The notes under the pieces: generated by a model
Database searches by the model: none
Told to the model about the DNA's origin: nothing
The model's input: the letters and a program-made list of their open reading frames with translations, nothing else
From: Octopus sinensis
Lineage: Eukaryota
Assembly: GCF_006345805.1 (NCBI RefSeq)
Contig: NW_021833947.1
Span: forward strand, 1 to 51,318
Direction: 5' to 3'
DNA length: 51,318 nt
Part shown: positions 25,152 through 38,190 of the stretch, in pieces
How the letters are laid out: each line of letters begins with the position of its first letter
How positions within the stretch are numbered: position 1 is the stretch's first letter
Made by a program: the position numbers and the translations under genes

Positions 25152-25329
25152 CTACCTGTAGGCACATACCTAAATATGTAAGTCAAGTACAAGACAAGGA
25201 TAATGGCCAGTGGAACGAGTTTTGACAGTGGTTCTTTGATCTGTCGTAACGTTTGCGATACAGTACGGGCAAGGTTGTCAGCGTCAAGGTGATGAGAAAT
25301 GATATAGAGTCGAGTAGAAGTCGGCTAGA

Positions 25330-25971
25330 ACACAAAGGTCTCATAGGACATATATATATATATATGAGACCAAAATGTGTACGTACGCCGCTATATGCAT
25401 ATAAAAAGAATACAAAAGATGGGACAAGGCTGCTCCAATCTGGCCAGACCCAAGGAAAATCTAAGCTAAGAGCACTAGATTCCTCGGAAGAAAGCAACGA
25501 ATTTATACGAAAACAAGGAGGAAAAAAACGGAGAAATGGTACAGAATTACAAATACAAACAACAGGACATTAACAACAGGTGTCTTTCGACTAAGGACGA
25601 ATTAAATTAAGTTGGCATGTGTGGAAGTGAAGCCTTACGGCAGGGACATAAGAGATAACAGGCATAGGTAGGAATATAGATGTTGCACGGATGGTAGTCG
25701 AGCCGAAAAAGAAAGATCAGGCATGGTCGAACACCGGTCACGTGGAAGGAGAGGAGAGAGGTAGAGGCAAAGAGATAGAAGAATTAAGGATGGACGAGGA
25801 AAAAAGAAAAGGGACAGAGTGAAGTGAAAGAGGAGGGAAGATGAGAATGAAGGGAAGGCCAGGAAATGTGAGAGAGGTGGGTCCTTGTTTTCGTATACAT
25901 TCTCTGCTTTCTTCCGAGGAATCTAGTGCTCTTAGCTTAGATTTTCCTTGGGGCTGGCCCATTTTTTGTAT

Positions 25972-25975
<4 letters not shown>
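25330..25975. mobile_element. Family E copy with inverted terminal segment
   Basis: Matches 9645-9705 then 9100-9470; 25442-25519 and 25882-25959 are inverted copies. Confidence 0.7.
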
Positions 25976-26061
<86 letters not shown>

Positions 26062-26153
26062 GTGTGTGTGTGTATGTATGTATGTATATATATAGGAAAA
26101 ATAAAAGTTGAAAATGCACTGAGACTACTTAAAATATTATTTTATTAATATAT

Positions 26154-26203
26154 TTGAAGCTTTAACCGGTTTCACAGTTTACACTGATTTTCAGAAGGTT
26201 CAA
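26154..26203 (-). ncRNA. Degenerate hammerhead-like motif
   Basis: TTGAACCTT-CTGAAAA-TCAG-TGTAAA-CTGT-GAAAC-CG-GTTA-AAGCTTCAA; G8A change, stem I 8/9 pairs. Confidence 0.45.
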
Positions 26204-27510
26204 CTAGAAAGACGTGGCTTATGTCGCAACTGTTATGCTTGTGACTAGTGTCTGAAGTTTGCCCTGTTTCAATAAGGAGTTCATGGCTCAAATTAGTATA
26301 TGTTTTGAATAAGATTTGAATGGTACAGGATAGTCACATGCTGGTCTTAGAAATTTTTGTAGGTTCCTCGTTACGTCCGTGTGTTAGTCTCAAGTGACAA
26401 TGTTTGACGTCGTAAGTTAAGGCTGACACAGTTGACTGAACAGGTCCAAACAATTAATGCTCTGAATGTTTTCTGCCAAGTGTTTGTAGAGAATGAACAC
26501 ATGATTAAGTTTATAACCTTTTGTATGTTTCCCGACAACAAATACGAGATCAGAAATATTGAATTTCTAAATGTCTCAAAAAGACATGAGCGGTGGTGGA
26601 GCGATAGAGTGGTTGTATACTGTCAACATAAGGTGACAGTCCCGTAAAGGGAATTACACCACCGCTATTTAGCCCTAGGAAGCATCGACGCTTCCTGTCG
26701 GCTTTGACACATTTCCTGTGTCCTTATATTTGCGAAGGGGAGGCAAGCACCCCCACCAGCTAGGACTAGCAGATCCAGTACGAAATAGATTCTACTGAGT
26801 GGTCACATAGGCATATGTGCTAAAAATAAGGGTCCTGAATTCCAGGTCTTCCCATTCTACCTATGTTCAGCAAATGCCACAGGTGAAGCACGGTTAAACA
26901 AAAAAAATATACTCTACTTAGTAATTCCAAAACAGTGCAATGTAGAGTGTTGATGTAGCTGAAATTCAGAAGATCGCTGGATTATATAAACCTTAGTCAG
27001 GAGGTATGAGAGGTGAATATGTGAATATATTTATTTAACCAGAGTTGAACCGTTTGTGTGTGTCTGTTCTGGTGATCTGATGAGCTTTTTTTTCTTTATT
27101 AGCATTGATTTATGAATATACAATTGTATAGAGCAGAGCATGCATAAAAGTGCAAACGCATAAATATAATTTCTCTCACACTTAAGTTATTACTAGTTGA
27201 AAGAGCCTTACGGCAAAACGGCCTTACAGCTAAGGATGTGAAGTGGTTAAATAAATATATTCATCTCTCATGCCTCATGAATTGTTACGGTTTACATACA
27301 CACACACACACACACACACACCACACACACACACACACACACAAATACACACACATACACACACACACATACACACTCATCTAATACACGTTTTTCGTAG
27401 AATCTACATTTGGATCTTTCTTTTATTGAATCAGTTTAAAAATAATATAGCCTAACGTATGTTAAAATAATTGTTTTGCTATGGCCTTCTCTTTCGTTCT
27501 TTCACGTGTC

Positions 27511-27732
27511 TTAAACTGTTGTTTCGGAATTGTCTTGCTTCTTAGCAAAACTCGACTTAACAACGATAGTAAAGTCCTTTAATATTGGTGAAATGCTATC
27601 ACAAATTGACTGAAAATTATCTTTACAAGGGCCAGGATGTTTTGCGCAACGGAAGTTTTGGATGCCACCGGATATATCTACATCGATCAAAGCTAGAAAA
27701 CAACAAAAAGATAACAAGCCGATATTTTCCAT
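27511..27732 (-). CDS. Candidate short ORF/exon (signal-peptide-like start or acceptor at 27693)
   Basis: MENIGLLSFCCFLALIDVDISGGIQNFRCAKHPGPCKDNFQSICDSISPILKDF; the hydrophobic stretch coincides with a polypyrimidine tract ending ttttctag|. Confidence 0.25.
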   Translation of the reverse strand: MENIGLLSFCCFLALIDVDISGGIQNFRCAKHPGPCKDNFQSICDSISPILKDFTIVVKSSFAKKQDNSETTV

Positions 27733-27809
27733 CTTTTTCCATTCTCTCCTTCGGTGTTAGGTTTCTTGCAACAACGTCAGGAAGAATATCAAGAACAAGA
27801 AAAAAAAAG

Positions 27810-27856
27810 AAACAATAATAATAATAATGATAATAATAATAACAATAATAATAATA

Positions 27857-27909
<53 letters not shown>

Positions 27910-27910
27910 G

Positions 27911-27943
<33 letters not shown>

Positions 27944-27965
27944 GTAATAATAATAATAATAATAG

Positions 27966-28022
<57 letters not shown>

Positions 28023-28070
28023 GAGAAGAAGAAGAAGAAGAAGAAGAAGAAGAAGAAGAAGAAAAGATAC
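27810..28070. repeat. Compound (AAT)(GAT)(GGT)(AAT)(GAA) trinucleotide array
   Basis: Direct reading. Confidence 0.95.
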
Positions 28071-28563
28071 AGGAGAAAAAGCAGAGAGAAAAGAAGAATG
28101 ACATTGATGTATATATGAATGTCGTTGATGGTGATCGGATGGTTGTGATAATGGTGTTGGTTGATAAGTTCAGGAGAGTGACTATTCGAGGCGAAAGGGG
28201 CGGGAGAGCGTCGTAGAGTGAAGTGAGGAGTGTATATGGATGTGCATGCTTTGAATATGGAGTGAAACGGAGAGGGGGCGATCGGAATGAACGATTGACA
28301 GAGAGGTAAAGATACTAGGATAGGGGGGATGAGATGAAATCAGTAGTTCGTATTTATATGTAAATGTATATATGAATGTGTATGTGAAGGAAATACATAG
28401 AGGAGGTGTATAAAGTAGGGACCATGGTATCATTTTAATCATGCACTCTGTCTCTGTATATATCAATATCAAAACACACACTCACATGTATGCACACAGA
28501 TACACAAATGCTTAAATGTATATGCGTGTGTATATATAGATGCGTATATATATATATATTATC

Positions 28564-28594
<31 letters not shown>

Positions 28595-28765
28595 ATATAA
28601 TGCGTATATATATATATATATAATATATATATATATGTATATATATGTACATATATAAATATATGAGTACATGTAGATACACATGCACAAATATATATAT
28701 ATACATATATATATATATATGTATATATATATACATATATGTGTGTGTGTATGTATATATATATC

Positions 28766-28817
<52 letters not shown>

Positions 28818-29533
28818 AATAATTATACACATTTTCACGCACACACACATATATATAAACATACATTTACATTCACACACAAACATAATTTAATATAATA
28901 TATACATATATATATATATAATGTATCAATGTATCACACACACACACTATATCTCTCTGTCACCCTCTCATCGCTCTCTCACCCTCTCACTCTTTCTCTC
29001 TCTCTCACTCACTCTCTCTCACTCACTCTCTCTCTCTCTATATATATATACATATATATATATACACACATATTTTCTTTCATATGCATATATATTCATT
29101 TACATGCATATATGTACATAAAAATCCAAACACACACACACACACACACACACACATATTTTTCATATGTATAAGAATATGTATATGTATATACATATGT
29201 TTCTGTGCCTGGACGTATATTAGTTCTCATATTTTCATACATACGCATACAACGATAAAACATACTTATCTACATATATCATGGAGTCTTTCCGCAAAAT
29301 CTAGTCCGTGACAAAAGGTCTATAGCAATATTCGCAGTCGATCAAGAAATATTAATGGAAGTAAATAACATGAAAAGGGATACGGCATGCATCCCTTGGC
29401 AGAGGTTGATTCGAAGACTATTCGATACTACCGCCATTACCACAGTCAACACTACCATACTATAGCTGTCACTACCACATCTACCGGCCGGGAATAGTAA
29501 TATCTTATCGGCCTGTCTCGATTTTTAAGAACA

Positions 29534-29608
<75 letters not shown>

Positions 29609-29775
29609 ACACACACACACACACACTCACACACATGTATATATATGCATGCACATATGTGTGTGTGTGAAAATGTGTTTAATTATATATCTGTATACAT
29701 GTATAATTTTCAATCAGACTCTCTCTCTCTCTCTCTGTCTCTCTCTCACTCTATATATATATATATATATATATA

Positions 29776-30290
29776 TAGGCACATGAGTGGCTGTGTAGCA
29801 AGAAGCGTGCTTTTCCAACCACATAGCTCTGGGTTCAATGCCTTCGGCAGGTGTCTTCTACTTGTGAGTGGACTTGGTAGATGGAAACTGAAAGAATCCC
29901 GTCGTATAAGTATATATTCTTTTATTTGTTTCAGTCATTTGTCTGCTACGATGCTCCAGCATGACTGCAGTCAAATGAAAGAATATATATATATATATAC
30001 GCGACGGGCTTCTTTCAGTTTCCGTCTACCAAATCTACTCACAAAGCTTTGGTCGCACGAGGCTATAGCAGGAGACACTCGCCCAAGGTGCCACGCAGTG
30101 CGACTGAACCCGGATCCATGTGACTGGGAAGCCTTGGGAAGATGGTGTGTTTACGTCCCCGTAACCTAGCGTTTCGGCAAAAGAGACCGATAGAATAAAT
30201 ACTAGGCTTACAAGTCCTGGGGTCGATTTGTTCGACTAAAGGCGGTGCTCCAGCATGCCCGCAGTCAAATGACTGAAACAAGTAAAAGAA
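29776..30290. mobile_element. Rearranged cluster of main-family SINE pieces
   Basis: Plus head, minus tail piece, plus tail piece, minus head (30000-30135), plus tail (30142-30290). Confidence 0.75.
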
Positions 30291-30411
30291 TATATATATG
30301 TGTGTGTGTGTAAACATAAACATAAATACATGTATGTATGTGTGTGTGTATATATACGTATAAGTGTCTGTGTGTACATGTGTATGTATATATGTGCGTG
30401 TGTTTCTGTAC

Positions 30412-30449
<38 letters not shown>

Positions 30450-30772
30450 ATGTGAATCCGTTCATGTGGAGGAGTAGTCGCCCTATCTTCGCCTTAGAAT
30501 TTTGTGTAATGCGGTGTTGGGTCAAGCTGTTGTGAAATACTTAGAAATCAAACATAGTATAGGGCTGCATTATAATATCTATATAAGTAGATATAGACTA
30601 CAATGGATATTAGAATATGGATTTCTACCTTATAAATTAAAGTTAATATTTAACATTATAGTCGATTTCGATATAATCATATTTAATAATAGAGTTTATT
30701 ATAAGTAAATTTTTATTTAGATTATATAGATTATTTATATCTTAAAAATATTGATTATATGTTAGGTTTTGA

Positions 30773-30833
30773 AACCACCTGAAGAATGTCTCAAAGATGT
30801 GCTGAAATAAGACATGAAACGATCGTAGTGGTT
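30773..30833 (+). ncRNA. Type I hammerhead ribozyme, complete fold
   Basis: AACCAC-CTGAAGA-ATGTCT-(18 nt)-AGACAT-GAAAC-GATC-GTA-GTGGTT; stem I 6 bp, stem II 6 bp, palindromic ACGATCGT; predicted cut after 30827. Confidence 0.85.
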
Positions 30834-30950
30834 ATTTATAATTGTTAAATTTCTAAATTTATATAAATTATTTTATGTATTGGCTTAAGTCTTTCTTTGT
30901 TTGATTTGCATAATAGTGGTTTTGTCTCTAATTTAATATAATATATATAA

Positions 30951-31009
<59 letters not shown>

Positions 31010-31029
31010 CACATACATGCATACATGCA

Positions 31030-31055
31030 TAACCCTAATCCTAACCCTAACCCTA
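31030..31055. repeat. Short interstitial (TAACCC)n telomere-like repeat
   Basis: taaccctaatcctaaccctaacccta, about four units with one mismatch. Confidence 0.55.
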
Positions 31056-31094
31056 TTTTATTTATATATATATATTATATATATATATATATAT

Positions 31095-31458
31095 ACTAGC
31101 AGTATCACCCGGCGTTGCTCGGGTTTGTTTCGACCATTTAGAATTCGAATTTTTGAAAAGTAAAAAATGTGCATTATGTAGCTTGCTATTCTCTTTAAGT
31201 GAACATTTTTCTGGTTGAAATACACCGAAAAATGGCGACACAGCAGTCAAAAATCGTAAAAAATAGGGATTTTCATAGAAAAAAGCACTTTTTCGATGTA
31301 AATAATTTTTGCTGTTAATATGGTCTGATTTGAATTCCTTCTACGGAAGGTAGAGCAAGCCTTCTTCTATCATACGCAGAGTCTCGGAGGAGATAGTGTT
31401 AGTTGAAGTCTAACAAACCTGCCATACACAGACAACTTCGGCTTTATATATATATATC
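31095..31458 (+). mobile_element. Helentron/HINE-like element with a different internal sequence
   Basis: Same 5' end ACTAGCAGTATCACCCGGCGTTGCTCGGGTTTG and similar 3' end CAGACAACTTCGGCTTTATATATAT as 4480 and 35898, unrelated middle. Confidence 0.6.
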
Positions 31459-31508
31459 TTAATAGTAATTTCCCTGTGTTCAACGCTCATTTTCATACCA
31501 TATTTTGA

Positions 31509-31582
31509 TTGCCTAGATAACTGACGAGATGCCGGAGCAGTTTCCGCCCCGACACCCGAAACTCGGAGTCTTATTATGGCAA
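31509..31582 (+). ncRNA. Type I hammerhead ribozyme with extended stem I
   Basis: TTGCC-TA-GATAA-CTGACGA-GATGCCGG...CCGACACCC-GAAAC-TCGGA-GTC-TTATT-AT-GGCAA; 5+5 bp stem I with 2x2 loop, stem II partly mismatched; predicted cut after 31570. Confidence 0.8.
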
Positions 31583-33339
31583 CCAAATAATTGTCCCATA
31601 TTATATTACAGATATATATATTAGGATGTCCTGTGTTCAGGATCAACATTTTCTGTGACTGTACCATCGTTTGTGTGGTACCAATGGATGAGAAAATAAG
31701 GTATACAAAGTGACAGGGCTCTAAAGCCATTTTTCTAACTACACAAGCCTCCTGAAGTAGAAAGGAAAATGCATTTCTTGGTCAATTTTATTTTGCTTGT
31801 GTACTGTCAAATCGAAAGGTATCTGTTTAATGCTTGCTTTAAAAGTCTCACGCGGAACTAAATTATGTTAGAAAATTATGGTGCAAGTGTAAAACCTATT
31901 TCTAATGACTTTATAACAAGCACAACGTTACACGGTTGACTAAAATATTAAAATCTTATAATCATATCTACTAGATGATGAAAAACAATGAGAACAAGGG
32001 AGCCCTCCACATGAAAACTAAAAAGGGAAATTTATTTAATTTATCAGTTTATTTAATCTATCAATCTTATCACATCGTGCAATTCTCTCCCCACCATTAA
32101 GTCAGTCTTCCCTCACACATTTCAACTTTTTTTTAGAACATTTTCTAACGGCAAGTATTGCTTCACTGCAACCTCAAATACCGAGACGCCATGCTAACCA
32201 CAAATGATACATATATATGAAAGCGTAAGAAGCATATTAGGATATTTTCTGTTTGACATCATTTTGAAAATTTAAAATTGAGACTTTTCAAATTTGGTAT
32301 ATTGATGTAATTTTTCACACTGAATCTGATATTGTTATTCACTTCCTCCAGAAAAGATTTTTAGAAAATTGTTGAAGAGGTTTAAAGTTTGATAAATTTT
32401 TGCCCAATCAGAAAACATGGTTTGGAAGCTAACATTTTATACTTGATGAAACATTATGACTACTGATGAGAACATTACGACGACAAAACATTCAACGACG
32501 AAAATTTTAATAACGTTTAACGAATAAAATCAGGTGGAATGTTGGAACAGGCATGTGATGCGAAAAATTACCAAAAAGAACAACAAAAATTAAGGAATTG
32601 AAACTGAACGTTAAATTACATAAAAGAAAACTTGAAAAGAAACTGTAGTTTAGTCCATGTAAACAATACTTATTTTGTAGCGAGAACGTTAAATTATGAG
32701 AAAATGAACTGTAGTTTAGTTCATGTGATGATGGAACTGCTAGAACAGACAGCCAGATCTCCCCCCAAAGAACATCCTAACGTTATAGAATGAGGAAGGA
32801 CTTACTAGATTATGGTAACCCTAGATAACTCTAAAATTGTGGGGCGTTCAGCATGAGAATGCTTCTTTTGATAATACGTCTGCTCGATCAGTTGCAACTT
32901 TCTAGGTTTTTAATTTCTGCATCATATACGAACGGTTACGCGAGTTGGCAACAGACGGGTAAGCACTATACACAACAACATGGCGTATTACTATAGAAAT
33001 AGGCAACAATGTCTGTGGCTTTTGATTGGCTAAAATTACGCAAGATTTGCGAGTTTTAAGAGCCATTCAATTTTTATTTATTGATTTATGGCAAAAATGA
33101 ATTTAATTTCCATTATCAGCATGCAAAACTATATCAATATACCAAATCCGAAATAAATCGGAGCAAAATTGAAGGATTTGAAAAGTGAAAGCCAAACTGA
33201 AAATATGTGTTCATTGTTTAAGTCTCATGGCTATTACTATCTTGAGCCCTAGGATTCACTGTGCAGGGTACTGGGTTTCCATGGCATATGAGTACCGAGA
33301 TCACGAAATACCTCCTGAGTGGGACGCCAGACTGTCGCA

Positions 33340-33460
33340 GATTTAGTAATTTATAGCTGAGAGGACAGGAGCAACGCGAAGAAGACAATGCACTGCCCAG
33401 CCCGACAATCGTGACCACGATCTTCCAACATCATAACCACTGGGCTACGCGTCCTCACAC
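33340..33460 (-). mobile_element. SINE family C, diverged
   Basis: AGCTGAGAGGACAGGAGCAACG...AACCACTGGGCTACGCG similar to the reverse complement of 35564-35700. Confidence 0.55.
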
Positions 33461-34209
33461 TGTATTGTTTGGGACTTAATTATGTATGTTGGGGTTTGAA
33501 GAAGAACCATTGCTCTATTTACAATGCGAATTATTATTTCACTTTTCTACTAATAGCGAAAGATTTCTATCATTTCTTTCAGCTAAAAGATGTTGCGTAT
33601 TTTAAAAGGATATTGTGGGATTTTAACAGCTTCGGTGAAGAATCTACACAGTCGATTTCAAGACTCGTGGCGAAGTAGACTGTTACTCTTCCATCTATGG
33701 TCCAACCAAAGTATTCAACATTAGCGGGCACAGCCATGTTAACCAAATGTTAATTATCAGTGATTTTACTAATTACAATGGTGAGCTCTTCCTGTACATG
33801 CCAGCTATTTTCTTATATCTAACTCGACAGACTTTATAGCATGCTAATTGTCATTAGCAAGGTTCAGACGGGGAGGAATCTCTCGATTCCACTGACAATA
33901 GGAAACATTCTTGATAGCTCAGTCACGCTTGAGCATGCAGGATATTCTCGATTAGTGGCTTGTGTGGCCGTTTAAGTCTATAGCATCAATATCTAATTGG
34001 AAAATAGAAAGGTGGAAGCTAATGTAGTCGTGCCAATGCGCTGCTACATGTAGGACGAAATTAGATTTTAAAATTTCGGATTCAGTAAAGAAAATCTTAA
34101 ATACTGTCGACTGGGTTTCAATTATATCAATGTATTCTACAAATACCCTATGAATATTTATTAGATCCGTGCCTAAATGAATAAATAAATAAATAAAAAC
34201 TGTATCTTA

Positions 34210-34490
34210 TCTATTTACTTGTTTTAGCCATTGAACTGCAGCCAAGGTGTGACACTACCTTGACGGGTTTTAATCGAACGAATCGACACCAGTGCTTAAT
34301 TCTTAAGCGACACAGTGTGTGACAAGTCTGGCCCCATGAAATACAGGTGCTACTCATTTTTGCCAGATGAGTGGACTGAAGCAACGTGAAATAAAGTGTC
34401 TTACTCAAGGAGACAACGCATTACCGAGAATTGAACTCACGACCTTGCGCTTGTGAGCCGAATACCTTAACCACTAAGCCACGCGCCTGT
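34210..34490 (-). mobile_element. SINE with family C head and main-family-like tail
   Basis: Head (reverse complement GGCGCGTGGCTTAGTGGTTAAGGTATTCGGCTCACAAG...GAGTTCAATTC); tail region 34210-34295 resembles the main SINE tail. Confidence 0.65.
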
Positions 34491-34497
34491 ACACACA

Positions 34498-34538
<41 letters not shown>

Positions 34539-34581
34539 AAACACACACACACACACACAAACACAAACACACACACACACT

Positions 34582-34612
<31 letters not shown>

Positions 34613-34681
34613 ACACACACACCACACACACACATACATACACACTCACACATATCTGGAGACTGTCAGAATGGTGTAGAC

Positions 34682-34719
34682 ACCTCTGATGAGAACCCAG
34701 TAAGATTCGAAATGAAGGT
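34682..34719 (+). ncRNA. Degenerate hammerhead (intact CUGAUGA, damaged stem III)
   Basis: ACCT-CTGATGA-GAACC-CAGTAA-GATTC-GAAA-TGA-AGGT. Confidence 0.5.
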
Positions 34720-34785
34720 TCATTATTTTTTTTTCAGTCTGCAGAGAAACGGCTAAAATTTTCCCTGTTTATGATTATACCATAG

Positions 34786-34857
<72 letters not shown>

Positions 34858-35467
34858 CAAGGCGCGTGCGTAATGGTTAGTGTATTCGGCTCAGTGCCCC
34901 TACTTCTACTAAGTGACTCCCATACTAATCCCTTACTTGCTTCCACCCCTTTGTAACCTCTCTTTCTCTAATTTACTTGAACATCCCAATCTTCCCCCAC
35001 CTTCCCTACAAACTCGCAATTCCTCAAGTGCTCTGCTTGTTATATCCAGAAATGGCTTTGACGAAAGTAGCATTAATTTTCTTAGATCTTCAATTTGCCT
35101 GAATTGATCAATAGAGAAATTGAGTAAAGCTATTAACAATGTACCGATAATGACTACTGGAAACTGTTGTAAGCCAAATTTTTTCAAATAAAGGAATTAT
35201 ATGTAAGGGCTATTATTTTTAGCTGATTTCTTATATATATCACTGTGTGAAAAAACGAAAAACAAAAGAAAAACGAGAACAAAAACAGTTCATCTGGAGC
35301 CCATCTACGGATTTACAATATAAAATTGTGATGAACCATAGATGGGACTCTACCAAAAGATTACCTGGAGTTCTTCAATCTAGGGAATATTGTTAGCCTG
35401 GTGAGCCTGGTGAGCCAGCAGAACATTTATGAAGTATTTGTCCGGATTGATAATCCTTCACTATTTG

Positions 35468-35513
<46 letters not shown>

Positions 35514-35563
35514 ATATATAAATATGTGTGTGTGTTTGTGTGTGTGTGTGTGTACGTGAGTGT

Positions 35564-35810
35564 GTGGAAGCGCGTGGCTTAGTGGTTAGGGTGTCAGCAT
35601 CATGATCGCAAGACTGTGGTTTCGATTCCTGGACTGGGCGACGCGTTGTGTTCTTGAGCAAAACACTTCATTTCACATTGCTCCTGTCCACTCAGCTGGC
35701 AAAAATGAGTAACGCTGCGATGAACTGGCGACCTGTCCAGCTGGGGAGCACATACGCCATAGAAACCGGGAAACCGGGCCCATGAGCCTGACTTGGCTTT
35801 AAAAGGGCGC
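35564..35810 (+). mobile_element. tRNA/CORE-like SINE family C
   Basis: GCGCGTGGCTTAGTGGTTAGGGTGTCAGC...GGTTTCGATTCCTGG, then TTGTGTTCTTGAGCAAAACACTT. Confidence 0.8.
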
Positions 35811-35897
35811 ATATATTTTATTTTATATATACATTTATACACACACACACATAAACATACACACATACACACATACACACACATATATATATATAAT

Positions 35898-36295
35898 ACT
35901 AGCAGTATCACCCGGCGTTGCTCGGGTTTGTAAGGGAAATAACTATATAAGCATTTTTAGAGATGTAAAGTATAATAGCCATCTCAATATGGCTAACCAC
36001 AAAGGGGGGTGTTACTGTAGCTTTTTACGTTCTGAGATTTAATAATACATTTTTAGAGAGTTACTTCCCTTATATAAACCGAGCGAAAATGCATTAAAAA
36101 TACGGAAAAATTATGGTAATTTTTTTTTTAAATCGTAGACTCATCGTAGACGTGCGCTAATACCCAGAAGGGCTTGATATGAATCACGACTATAAGTTAC
36201 CCGCTTTTGGTTAAACTGTACCGCAAAATGTGGGAGTAGTTAGGAATCTAAATCGTAGGAGACAGACACACAACCTTACTTTTATATATAAAAAT
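35898..36295 (+). mobile_element. Helentron/HINE-like non-autonomous element
   Basis: Homologous to 4480-4878 at termini and most of the body. Confidence 0.65.
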
Positions 36296-36869
36296 TAGGT
36301 GAGGCATTTTGAATCAACGTTTCGTCATGTAACGAATCGTGTCCGCGATGTGGTTTGGCTAACTTTTCGGATTAATTTTCGTATCCCCGACCACAACATT
36401 AACACAAGAAAAGGCATGAATGCTACCACTTCTTATCCCCCATCCGTAAATGTAGAGTATTTTATGCTTAGATACAAAAGTAGTTTGATGAGTAAATGGA
36501 TAGGATGAGTGGGAAGTAAAGAAAAGGTGATTTCCAAAGTAATTTAGCTTCACGGATGCATGCTAGCATCGATTTGCTTATATGATGCGCTCGAAGCGGT
36601 CAAAGACTTCTCTACTCAATCATATTCTAGAAATGACACCACACATTTATTCTGTCACAGAAGGAAAACGAAAAAAAAAAAATCCAGTTTATATTTATTA
36701 CTTGTAAAAACTTTTGGTGTCGACAATATCAAACGGAAGAAATAAAAGAAGAGTCTTTTATCAACAAGTGTAACATTAAATTCATTAACCTAACCAGCAT
36801 CATCATCAACGTTGTCTTCCTTCGCTTTTTTTATCTTCTCTTCCTACACCGAGACCACCTTCGCATGGC

Positions 36870-36897
36870 ACCATCATCATCATCATCATCATAGTAA

Positions 36898-36948
<51 letters not shown>

Positions 36949-37048
36949 GTATCATCAATAATAATAACTGCCTCACTTTTCCTATTCCAGCTTTTCATTT
37001 TTAATCATCGTCATCCTGTTATCATCAACACCACTGCTACCATCATTG

Positions 37049-37080
<32 letters not shown>

Positions 37081-37440
37081 GTTACCCTCGTCATCATCAT
37101 CATCACATCATCATCACCACCTTTATCACCAATATCTTCATTGCTATCAACATCACCAACATCCTCAGTCAACGTCTTTGAGATTTCTATAACCAGCGTG
37201 CCCCTCACCTTCCGCTTCCTATTCCTCCTCCTATTCATCATCATCATCATAATTATCGTCATCGACACCATCATTCTAATCATCATCATCATCAGCAACA
37301 TCACCATCACTATCACAATCTTTCATTCTCAACTTCAGTATTATCTCCAATATTATCAACATCACAACTGCTCTTTTTCCTTTGGCGCATCTTTTCATTA
37401 TCTTCTGCCGCCTCCATCTATCCCTCTTCTTTTCTAGTCA

Positions 37441-37503
<63 letters not shown>

Positions 37504-38190
37504 ATTATCATTATTTTAATTTTCTAAATCCTCTAAAATCTTCCTTTATGTTTCGTATCTCATCCATCCGCCTCTTTGTTTTCATTTTTCTTATACATTT
37601 TCCTTCATTTCCAACTCTTCTAATATCATCCAACCACGCATCTATCAATCTATTCATTCATTCATTCATTCATTCATTCATTCTTCTTCTTCTTCTTCTT
37701 CTCTTCTTCTTCTTCTTCTTCTTCTTCTTCTCCTCCTCCTCCTCCTCCTTCTTCTTCTTCTTCTTCTTCTTCTTCTTCTTCTTCTTCTCCTCTTCATTTC
37801 TTCTTCTTCTTCTCTTCTTCTTCTTCTTCTTCTTCTTTTTCTTCCTCTACTCATTCTGCTGCTGCTAGTTCAATCACTATTCTTTTTTTTCTTTCAGTTA
37901 ACACCAACTCATCTCTCTGTACTTAGAACCATTAACCCTCCATCGACGCCACCACCACCACCACCACCACCCATTTCCATCAATACCTGCATCATCACCA
38001 CCAACACCATCGCAATCACCACAACAACAACAACAACAACAACATCAGCAACAAAACTCATCCAACATAATTACTGAAGCTTTCCACTTTCTCATCCGTA
38101 GTGCCATGCAACTGTATTTCATCATTATCATCATCATCATCGTCATCGTCATTGTCATCATCAACATCATCAACATCATCATCATAATCA
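36870..38190. repeat. (CAT)n, (TAT)n, (TTC)n, (CAC)n, (CAA)n microsatellite field
   Basis: Direct reading. Confidence 0.9.

Noticed and set aside
27070-27115. CTGATGA-GCT...AGC
   Set aside because: Not followed by GAAA
27754-28216. Poly-N/D/I/R ORFs of 115-129 aa
   Set aside because: Trinucleotide array translations
31410-31730. 106-aa minus ORF
   Set aside because: Antisense to the 31509 hammerhead and a repeat end; no recognisable protein features
34933-35187. 84-aa minus ORF (MKKFGLQQ...)
   Set aside because: No motif recognised and no clear splice context
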